Below, one piece after another: positions 53,463-62,400 of a DNA stretch of 64,000 nucleotides (positions are counted from its first letter, which is position 1; each line of letters opens with the position of its first letter). The DNA is from Deltaproteobacteria bacterium. Lineage in GTDB: Bacteria > Desulfobacterota > Binatia > Binatales > Binataceae. The stretch lies in NCBI GenBank assembly GCA_003135135.1, contig PLDK01000025.1, forward strand, positions 106,376-170,375. The letters are read 5' to 3'. The notes beneath the pieces were generated by a model. That model was not told the origin of the DNA. It made no database searches and was given only the letters and a program-made list of their open reading frames with translations. The position numbers and the translations under genes were made by a program.

Positions 53463-54284
53463 CTACTCGCGGCTCGGAGTGGCCCCGCCCAGCGCGGGCG
53501 CCTCTTCGTATTCGTCGAGAACGACCCTCTTGTAGGCAAGCGCGGGCCCCGCGAGCGCAGTCGTCGCCATCGCGATCAGCAGCATATCCAGACATCCCCT
53601 GGCGGCCGCCGCAAGGCCGGGCGGGTGATATCCGATAAGCGAGTCGAGAATTTGGCGGATGACGTAGTATGGAGCGGAAGAGAGAACGATGATCGCGGCG
53701 AGCCGCTCGATATTTCCCCTGGTTTGCTTCCATGCGGCCGATATTCCCGCATACTTCCGGATGGCGATCGCCGGAAAAACGAAGGCGAGCCGGACGAATC
53801 CGATCGCGAACAGAATAAGTCCTGCGACCATCAGCATTCCCGCCCACATCACGACCTCGTGGTCAAAGTTTCGCTGCCCATAGCGCACGAGTGCGACCGC
53901 GGGGCCGGCAATGATCACGAGCGAGATCACCATCACGGTAGTCGCCAGCAGGTATAGCCATTGAGTCCGCGAGTAGGCGAACGGAGGGTCGGTTGCGATA
54001 GCCGGACGGCCAAAGATCGCCAGCTTCGACCAGGTTACGGAAAACGGCGTGAACAGAACAAAATGCGCAACCATCAAGACGCCCGCTGCATACCTTGAAA
54101 CATCCTCGCGCACCAGCAGAAAGCTGATCGCACTTACCACAAGCATCAGCAGAAATGGTACGCCGCCATACTTTACGAGTTCCGGCAGATACTTGAACGG
54201 CAACCCCAATGAATCCGCCACGATGGGGAAGACGGGCAGCTCGATCGCCGTGAATCGCCGCTGACTGTTTGTTTGCTTATTCAC
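53463..54284 (-). CDS. Hypothetical polytopic membrane protein
   Basis: 273 aa with about 6 hydrophobic helices and a GTG start inside a heptamer repeat. No family was recognised. Confidence 0.55.
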   Translation of the reverse strand: MNKQTNSQRRFTAIELPVFPIVADSLGLPFKYLPELVKYGGVPFLLMLVVSAISFLLVREDVSRYAAGVLMVAHFVLFTPFSVTWSKLAIFGRPAIATDPPFAYSRTQWLYLLATTVMVISLVIIAGPAVALVRYGQRNFDHEVVMWAGMLMVAGLILFAIGFVRLAFVFPAIAIRKYAGISAAWKQTRGNIERLAAIIVLSSAPYYVIRQILDSLIGYHPPGLAAAARGCLDMLLIAMATTALAGPALAYKRVVLDEYEEAPALGGATPSRE

Positions 54285-54302
54285 TTTTCACTTTTCACTT
54301 TT
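54282..54302. repeat. Perfect tandem heptamer (CACTTTT)x3 covering the GTG start and leader of the 53463-54284 gene
   Basis: Read directly: cacttttcacttttcactttt. Confidence 0.9.
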
Positions 54303-54603
54303 CGCTGTTCGCCAACGCATGACCAATCGATTCGATCGTGCACGAGTCTGGCAACGGGATCACGCACTGGCAAGCGAGCCCTTGCGATCGCCGATCGGCG
54401 GCGGCCCGGATACCTCTTGTCGATCAAGTGCGTGATCGGGCATTGCCCCCATGCCCTAACCGAGACATCGCCGCACCATCCATTCTCGCCGGTCGCATTC
54501 GATCCGTTGCATTGAGGCGTAGTACAATTGCCTGATGCCTAATTCACCTGGGCCGAGACTGGCTGGCGACGCGCAACTCTGCCGAACCTGAGGAACTTCT
54601 CGA

Positions 54604-55917
54604 ATGACGCGACGACCGCCGAGCGGCACAGGGTCCGGGGCAGACGATGGGCCAACTGTCGTTACTCGCGACTCAGACTTGGACAGGCAGCCTTCCGCCC
54701 AGAGCTTGCGCGGACTCGACTGGCTCAACTTCCTGCTCGCCGACGTGCAAAGCGGCGTGGGGCCGTTCCTTGCGATCTACCTTGCCGGCTATGGCTGGAA
54801 CGAGCAGCGCGTGGGCCTTGCACTGACGATCGGCGCAGTCGCCGGTATCGCATCACAAACGCCGGCGGGCGCTTTGGTGGACCGGCTCAAGTCGAAGAGA
54901 GCGCTGATTGCGGCGGGAGTGGTCGCTTTGGCTATCGGAGCTCTCTTCATTGCGTTCTTTCCGTCGTTCTGGCCGGTCGTGACAGCGCAAGCGCTTATCG
55001 GCGCAATGTCCAGTTTCTTCATGCCTGCCATCGCCGCCATCTCCCTGGGGATTGTGGGCCATAGACTCTTCAATCTCCGCCAAGGACGAAACCAGGCATT
55101 CAACTCGGCCGGCAACGTAGTCGCCGCCGTAGCGATGGGCGTGATCGGATATTTCATTTCGAACCGCGGCGTCTTTTTCTTTGTCGCGGCTCTCGCAGTC
55201 CCGACGATCCTGTCGCTATTGCTCATCCGCCCCGACGAGATCGATTACGAACTGGCCAGGGGAGCCAGGGACGGCGAGGATGATCGAACTCCGGCAAGTG
55301 TTTTGGATCTGATCGAGGATCGCCCGCTGATGATCTTCCTGTGCTGCGCGGTCATGTTTCATTTCGCCAACGCAGCGATGCTTCCGCTGCTCGGCGAGAT
55401 GCTGGCGAAAGGCAAGGGTCGCACCTCGATGATGTTCATGTCCGCCTGTGTCGTGACTACCCAGTTCACGATCACACTTCTGGCGGCCTGGGCGGGCCGC
55501 GCGGCCGGCTCATGGGGCAGAAAGCCTATGCTGCTCATAGGATTCGCGGTGCTGCCGATCCGCGGCGTCCTTTACACCCTCACCCACAACCTCTACCTGC
55601 TGGTCGGCATCCAGCTGCTCGACGGCATCGGCGCCGGCATTTTCGGCGTCGTTTCCGTATTGGTGATCGCCGACCTGACGCGTGGCACCGGGCGGTTTAA
55701 TCTTACGCTGGGCGCGATCGCGACGGCTGTGGGAATCGGCGCGGCTCTCAGTCAAACGATCGCCGGATCCATTGTTCACCACTTCAGTGACCGAGCCGGG
55801 TTTCTGTTTCTGGCGTCCGTGGCAGCTGCGGCCTTTCTGATCCTGTGGCTCTTCATGCCCGAAACCCTCGACTGGAAAGTCGGTGCTCACGCGCCGGCGT
55901 CGGTGGCGAAGCGTTGA
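54604..55917 (+). CDS. MFS transporter
   Basis: 437 aa, 12 predicted helices, with an LVDRLKSKR-type loop 2-3 motif. Confidence 0.85.
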   Translation: MTRRPPSGTGSGADDGPTVVTRDSDLDRQPSAQSLRGLDWLNFLLADVQSGVGPFLAIYLAGYGWNEQRVGLALTIGAVAGIASQTPAGALVDRLKSKRALIAAGVVALAIGALFIAFFPSFWPVVTAQALIGAMSSFFMPAIAAISLGIVGHRLFNLRQGRNQAFNSAGNVVAAVAMGVIGYFISNRGVFFFVAALAVPTILSLLLIRPDEIDYELARGARDGEDDRTPASVLDLIEDRPLMIFLCCAVMFHFANAAMLPLLGEMLAKGKGRTSMMFMSACVVTTQFTITLLAAWAGRAAGSWGRKPMLLIGFAVLPIRGVLYTLTHNLYLLVGIQLLDGIGAGIFGVVSVLVIADLTRGTGRFNLTLGAIATAVGIGAALSQTIAGSIVHHFSDRAGFLFLASVAAAAFLILWLFMPETLDWKVGAHAPASVAKR

Positions 55918-57182
55918 CGATTGCGAATGCCACTATCTGGGCAATCGCCGCGCTGAGCACTCTTGGCGTGATCGCGCGCCCTTGGAAGCTACCTGAGGCG
56001 ACCTGGGCCGTGACCGGCGCGGTCATGCTGGTCGTGTTCGGTCTGCTGCCATGGAGCGACGCGCTGAAGGCGGTCGCTAAGGGGACCGATGTGTACCTGT
56101 TTCTGAGCGGCATGATGCTGCTGGCGGAGTTGGCGCGCAAAGAGGGTTTGTTCGACTTTCTGGCCGGGCGAGCCGCGCGCTTGGCGGGCGGCTCCGCGAT
56201 AAAGCTGTTCACGCTGGTTTATGGCGTCGGCACATTGGTTACAGTTTTTATGTCGAACGACGCTAGTGCGGTCGTCCTCACGCCAGCCGTGTTCGCCGCG
56301 ACCAAGGCCGCCAAGGTGAAGGACCCGCTGCCCTACCTGTTGATCTGCGCGTTCATAGCAAACGCGGCAAGCTTCGTCCTGCCGATCTCAAATCCAGCGA
56401 ACCTGATCATCTTCCGCGACCACATGCCGCCGCTGCTGCAATGGCTCGGGCGGTTCGCGTTGCCATCGATCCTGTCGATCGCGGTTACCTATGCTGTCCT
56501 GCGGTTCACGCAGCGCGATTCGCTGCGGCAGGAGGTAATGGCCGCTGAGGTCGATGTACCTAATCTGTCCAGCGGCGGCCGCATGACCGCCGGCGGCATC
56601 GTGGGCACGGGAATCGTGCTGCTGCTTGTCTCCGGCTTCGGCGTTGACCTTGGACTGCCGACATTTGTCGCCGCTGTCGCGACTGCCGCGGTAGTGCTTT
56701 TTCTGGCGCGCGAGTCACCGTGGACCATTATGAAGGACGCTCCCTGGGAAATCTTGCCGCTGGTGGCCGGTCTGTTCGTGCTGGTAGAGGCGCTTGACCG
56801 CAGCGGCGTGCTCAAGGCGCTCATTCATGTTCTGCAGATGGGAGCAGATCGCTCCGTGACGGTGACGACTTGGGTATCGGGCGTGAGTCTGGCCCTGATT
56901 TGCAACCTGGTCAACAACCTGCCGGCCGGTCTGCTGGCAGGCTCCGTTGTGTCTGCTTCGCATGTACCGCGGCAGGTCGCCAGCGCAGTGCTCATCGGCG
57001 TGGACCTCGGACCGAATCTGTCCGTTACCGGATCGCTGGCAACCATCCTGTGGCTGACCGCCCTGCGGCGGGAAAATCAGAATGTGAGCGCCTGGAGCTT
57101 TCTGAAACTTGGCGCATTGGTGATGCCGCCGGCTTTGCTCCTCGCGATTGCGGGCCTGCTGGTCACCGGCTCCGTTCGTTAG
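55914..57182 (+). CDS. ArsB/NhaD-superfamily (SLC13-like) anion permease
   Basis: The likely TTG start overlaps the MFS stop (TTGA). Contains GTDVYLFLSGMMLLAELARKEGLFD...FMSNDASAVVLTP...PISNPANLIIF. Confidence 0.8.
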   Translation: MTIANATIWAIAALSTLGVIARPWKLPEATWAVTGAVMLVVFGLLPWSDALKAVAKGTDVYLFLSGMMLLAELARKEGLFDFLAGRAARLAGGSAIKLFTLVYGVGTLVTVFMSNDASAVVLTPAVFAATKAAKVKDPLPYLLICAFIANAASFVLPISNPANLIIFRDHMPPLLQWLGRFALPSILSIAVTYAVLRFTQRDSLRQEVMAAEVDVPNLSSGGRMTAGGIVGTGIVLLLVSGFGVDLGLPTFVAAVATAAVVLFLARESPWTIMKDAPWEILPLVAGLFVLVEALDRSGVLKALIHVLQMGADRSVTVTTWVSGVSLALICNLVNNLPAGLLAGSVVSASHVPRQVASAVLIGVDLGPNLSVTGSLATILWLTALRRENQNVSAWSFLKLGALVMPPALLLAIAGLLVTGSVR

Positions 57183-57316
57183 TCCGTCTAACTGTGTCGA
57201 TACGCATCAGCAGAGCAAGTCGGTGGTGCCATGAGCGACAGCGTCGGATCTAAGCGAATGACATTTTAAATTAACGAATCTAATAACTTTGCCATGGCTT
57301 CCACGAAGCCGCGCAG

Positions 57317-59269
57317 ATGTTCACTTTGTTACGAAAGATGAACTCGAACCGGCACGTCGATTGCACGAATTCTTTTGCCGCCGTGAAAGATGAATTCGAA
57401 TCGCCTTTAGCAAGCCCGGATTCGTTCGAAGCTCTAATCTCGAGGCTTGGTGAAATCCGCCGGTCGCTGATCGGGCACGAAAGCGAACTTCACAAGCGCG
57501 CATCGACTGTCCATCCCGCATATCGAAAAAGCGCGATCAATTTGATCCATTATCTCGCGCTTAGACGCCAGGATATTCGGACACTCCAAGACGAACTCGC
57601 GGCTCTCGGTCTCTCATCGCTCGGCAGGACAGAAGCTCATGTGATGAGCACGCTGGATGCCGTGCTCGTAGCTCTCCATCATATGGCAGGGCGGAAGATT
57701 GAAGCGCCGGCGCCATCGGAATGTCCGGGCTTTCGCGAGGGCAGGTCGATCCTCGCGGCGAATACCGAGGCGCTACTCGGTCCTGCGCCGGAGCATCGCG
57801 CGGTCCGCATCATGGTGACGATGTCGGCGGAGGCTGCAGATGACTATTCGTTGGTGCGCGAGCTCGTTTCCCACGGAATGAACTGCATGAGGATAAACTG
57901 CGCGCATGATACCCCGGAAATCTGGGGCCGAATGGTCAATCATTTGGAGCGCGCGCGGCAGGAATTGGGTTTGCCCTGCCGTATTCTAATGGATATTGCC
58001 GGGCCGAAGCTCCGAACCGGGCCGACAGAACCGGGCCCCCAGGTGGTCGTGTGGCATCCCAGGCGCGAGAGTTTTGGACGCGTGACGGAATCCGCGCGAA
58101 TCTGGCTTACTCATGCGCAGCCGGGCCATCCTACTCCCCCAGGTGCCGACGCCGCATTGCCCGTGCCAGAGCAATGGCTTGATGAGCTCAAACCAGGAGA
58201 ACGCATTCACTTCAAAGATGCACGCGGGAAACGACGAGTTCTCGAAGTGGTCGGCACCGGCGAGGCGGGGCGATGGGCTCAATGCAGCCAAACCTCATAC
58301 GTGACTCCGGGAACAGTTTTGCTGCGCGTCGACGTGGGCAGCGACGCAAGGCGCGAAGCGCAGGTCGGAGATCTACCGCGCCGCGAGCAAGGAATCCTGC
58401 TTCGCAAAGGCGACTTCCTGCTGCTCACGAGTGAACCCATCGTGGGCAAGAGCGCTTCGATCGATTCGGACGGACGGACGCTCAGCCCGGCGACGATCTC
58501 GTGCACGCTGCCGGAGGTTTTCCCGATGGTTCGCGCGGGCGAGAAAGTTTGGTTCGACGACGGCAAGATAGGTGGAATCGTGAGCGAGGTCGAGCCTGGC
58601 GCGGTCCACATCGAGATTACCGAGGCCAAAGCAAGCGGGAGTCGCCTCGGCGTCGACAAGGGAATTAATCTGCCCGATACGAGCATCAACCTGCCCGCAC
58701 TTACGCCGAAAGATCTCGAAGACCTTGAGTTTATCGTTCGACACGCGGACCTGGTCGGGATGTCATTCGTGCGCCATGAGCGCGACATCGTTCAACTTCA
58801 ATCGCGACTGCGGGAGCTTGGCGGCGGTCATTTGGGAATCGTGCTGAAAATCGAGACGCGCCAAGCCTTCGAGCGTTTGCCTAACCTCATGCTCGCTGCG
58901 ATGCGGCAGCAACCAGTGGGTATCATGATCGCACGCGGAGATCTGGCGGTAGAGTGCGGCTATGAACGGCTGGCGGAAGTTCAGGAGGAAATTCTTTGGA
59001 TCTGCGAGGCGGCGCATTTGCCCGTCGTATGGGCAACGCAGGTGCTCGAGTCTCTCGCCAAAAAAGGTCAGGCATCTCGCGCGGAAATCACTGACGCGGC
59101 GATGGGAGAACGTGCGGAATGCGTGATGTTGAACAAGGGACCTCACATTGTCGCGGCGGTCAGCGCGCTCGACGACATCCTGCGCCGCATGCAGGACCAC
59201 CAGTCCAAGAAGTCGTCGCGCCTGCGCTCGCTGCATTTGAGAGCGACGGAAGAATCCGAGAAATTGTAG
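57317..59269 (+). CDS. Pyruvate-kinase-family protein, atypical (N-terminal extension, enlarged B domain, no C-terminal domain)
   Basis: 650 aa with GMNCMRINCAHD, DIAGPKLRTG, KGINLPDT..LPALTPKDLEDLEF...MSFVR, KIETRQA, IMIARGDLAVEC and ATQVLESL...SRAEITDAA...VMLNKG. Confidence 0.75.
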   Translation: MFTLLRKMNSNRHVDCTNSFAAVKDEFESPLASPDSFEALISRLGEIRRSLIGHESELHKRASTVHPAYRKSAINLIHYLALRRQDIRTLQDELAALGLSSLGRTEAHVMSTLDAVLVALHHMAGRKIEAPAPSECPGFREGRSILAANTEALLGPAPEHRAVRIMVTMSAEAADDYSLVRELVSHGMNCMRINCAHDTPEIWGRMVNHLERARQELGLPCRILMDIAGPKLRTGPTEPGPQVVVWHPRRESFGRVTESARIWLTHAQPGHPTPPGADAALPVPEQWLDELKPGERIHFKDARGKRRVLEVVGTGEAGRWAQCSQTSYVTPGTVLLRVDVGSDARREAQVGDLPRREQGILLRKGDFLLLTSEPIVGKSASIDSDGRTLSPATISCTLPEVFPMVRAGEKVWFDDGKIGGIVSEVEPGAVHIEITEAKASGSRLGVDKGINLPDTSINLPALTPKDLEDLEFIVRHADLVGMSFVRHERDIVQLQSRLRELGGGHLGIVLKIETRQAFERLPNLMLAAMRQQPVGIMIARGDLAVECGYERLAEVQEEILWICEAAHLPVVWATQVLESLAKKGQASRAEITDAAMGERAECVMLNKGPHIVAAVSALDDILRRMQDHQSKKSSRLRSLHLRATEESEKL

Positions 59270-59467
59270 CCTGACTCGGGCCAGGTAAATTGGCGAGCTT
59301 CATGTCGAGGCTCGCGGCCCGCGTTCTGATATTCTAAGCGACGGGGCGACGCACGAACGCGGTTGTTCGTCGTCCGCTTTTCGTTGCATCGCGTGCGCAT
59401 TTTTATTGCGTAGCTTGCGCATCAGTCAGCCCGTGGCCGGGTCGTCCGGATCGAGAGGCAAGTTTTT

Positions 59468-62400
59468 TTGAACTTCGTATTTTTTCGCGCGCCTAAGAAG
59501 CCGGCAGCCTCTTTCGCGCATATCGACGAACCGATCCGTGCGGAACTGTTCAGTGTCGAGCGCCTGGAACAGCATGGTGAGACGCTGGCGGTTGCGCAGC
59601 GCGTCACGGCCTACCCCGGCCGTGGACGGCCGATGGCGGCGCGCGTGCGCGACAACGCACGAGTATTGCTCGCGGCGTATCGCGGCATCGCGGCCGCAAT
59701 CCGCGAGGAACGCGCGATCACGCCCGGCGCGGAGTGGCTGGTCGATAACTTTCATGTCGTCGAAGAGCAGATTCGCGAAATTCGCGATGACCTGCCGCGC
59801 GGATTCTATCGGCAACTGCCCAAGCTCGCCGATGGCCCGCTGGAAGGCTATCCGCGCGTTTTCGGGATCGCGTGGGCCTACGTCGCGCATACCGACAGCC
59901 ACTTCGATCCGCAGACGCTCGCCAAGTTCGTGCAGGCTTACCAGCGGGTGCAGCCGCTGACGATCGGCGAGCTATGGGCGGTCGCGATTACGCTTCGGAT
60001 CGTGCTCGTCGAAAACCTGCGGCGCCTGGCTGAACAGATGGGCCACAGCCGTGCCGAACGCCGGCATGCCGACCTGCTGGCGAACAGGCTGCTGGGATCC
60101 AACGGCCGCGACGCGGAGCCTGTCGAGGCAGTGTTCAAAGATTTGGATAAGTCGCCGCTGTCGGCGGCCTTCGCGGTGGAGATGGTTCAGCGCCTGCGCG
60201 ATCAGGATCCCAAGGTGACGCCGGCGCTGCGGTGGCTGGACCAGCGGCTGCTGGCGCAAGGAACCACGGCAGACGAGATCGTCCGTCAAGTGCATCAGGG
60301 GCAGGGCGCGATGAACGTTACCGTCCGCAACGTCATCACGAGCATGCGCCTGATGTCCGCGGTTGACTGGGCGGATTTTTTCGAGAGCGTGAGCGCGGTC
60401 GATGCGGTGCTGCGCGCTGCCAGCGACTTTGCCGCGATGGACTTTGCCACGCGCGATCGCTACCGGCACGCGATCGAAGAACTTGCACGAGGTTCGGGGC
60501 ACACCGAAATCGAGGTTGCTCAAAGTGCGATTGATTCTGCGCGGGGTGCGGCGTCCGAAGTGCCAAACGGCGACGGCGCGAGGGCGCGTCGCGAGCACCA
60601 TCCGGGCTACTACCTGATTTCAGAGGGGCGTCACTCTCTGGAAGCGCAACTGGGATTTCGCGCCCCGGTCCGCGACTGGGTAGCTCGCGCCAATGCGGCC
60701 GCCGGAATCGCGGGCTATCTCGGCACGATCGCGGTGGTTACCACGATCATCGTCGCAGGCGCCATGCTTGCCATTGCGGACGCGCAAATCGGTGAATGGA
60801 CCCGGTTGATTCTCGCGATGCTCGCGATAATCCCCGCCACCGATGCGGCGGTCGCGATCGTCAATCGGGGAGTCACGACTTTCATCGGTCCAGCTATCAT
60901 TCCCGCCCTCGAGCTTCACGATGGTGTGCCGCCGAGCCTGCGCACGATGGTCGTGATGCCGACTTTGTTGACCACGCGCGACGAGATCGACGAGCAGATC
61001 GAGCGTCTCGAGGTTCATTACCTGGCCAGTTCGGACGGCGAGCTGTACTTCGCGATCCTCTCGGACTGGACCGACTCCGCGACCGAAACCGCTCCCGGCG
61101 ACGACGACCTGCTCGGCGCAGCCACTGCCGGGATTGCGCGCCTGAACCAACGTCACGGACCGGGGCCGGGCGGCAAGCGATTTCTATTGCTCCATCGCCG
61201 CCGCATCTGGGACGAAGCCGAAGGCGTATGGATGGGGTGGGAGCGCAAGCGCGGCAAGCTGCACGAGCTGAATCGGCTGCTGCGCGGCGCGACGGATACG
61301 ACGTTTATCGCATCGGATCGACATCCGCCGGCGGTTCCCGACGGCGTCCGCTACGTGATCACGGTCGACGCCGACACCCGTATCCCGCGCGGCGCCGCCA
61401 AGCGGATGGTCGGCAAAATGGCGCATCCGCTGAACGCTCCACGATTCGACAAGCAATCCGGCCGCGTGGTCGAAGGTCACGCGGTTCTGCAGCCGCGAAT
61501 CACGGCTGCATTGCCGACCCGCCGCGAGGGATCGGTTTTCCAGCGCGTCTTTTCCAGCACCAGGGGCATGGATCCGTACGCGTTCGCAGTTTCCGACGTT
61601 TACCAGGATCTTCTGGATGAAGGCTCTTACAGCGGCAAAGGAATTTACGATGTGGACATGTTCGAAGACGCGATGGCGGGGCGCGTCCCGGACAATACGC
61701 TTCTGAGCCACGATCTTTTCGAAGGAACTTTCGCGCGCTCGGGATTGGTGTCTGACATTGAACTGGTCGAGGAGTTTCCATCGCGCTACGACGTTGCTGC
61801 CGCAAGGCAGCATCGATGGGCTCGCGGCGACTGGCAATTGATCCCGTGGATTCTCGGCCATGGTTCCAGCGCCGCCGCGGCATCGACGGCCCCGCGCGAC
61901 GCCCGGTCTTCGATCCCGCCGCTCGGGCGCTGGAAAATGATCGACAACCTGCGCCGCACGCTGTCGGCGCCGACGTTGTTGCTGGCATTGATGGCGGGAT
62001 GGCGGCTCCCCGAATCCGCCGCTTTGATTTGGACCGGGTTCATTGTCGCGACCATCGCGACTGCGCCGATGCTTCCGTTCCTGACCGGAATTATCCCGCG
62101 GCGGCGCGATATCTCCAAGCGCAGCCATATCCGCGCGGTCGTCACCGATCTGGCGGTCGGGCTCGCGCAGCTCGCGATGATGCTGACCTTGCTCGCGCAT
62201 CAGGCGTGGCTGATGAGCGACGCAATTTCGCGAACGCTCTACCGTTTGTACGTGAGTCATCGGTTGATGCTCGAGTGGACCACCGCGGCGCAGGCCAAGC
62301 GGACGAGTCGTCTCGACGTTCGCGGCTTTTACGCCATGATGGCCGGCGGCGCGGTGCTCGGCGCGGCGGCGGCTATCTTCGTCGCATTGGCAGGCCGGGG

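Noticed and set aside
59347-59385. Possible terminator after the pyruvate-kinase-like gene (acgaac-gcggtt-gttcgt followed by cttttcgtt)
   Set aside because: The stem is only about 6 bp with an interrupted T-tract, too weak to call.
59426-59902. 158-aa minus-strand ORF
   Set aside because: It is antisense to the 5' end of the cyclic glucan synthase gene, whose frame carries conserved motifs.
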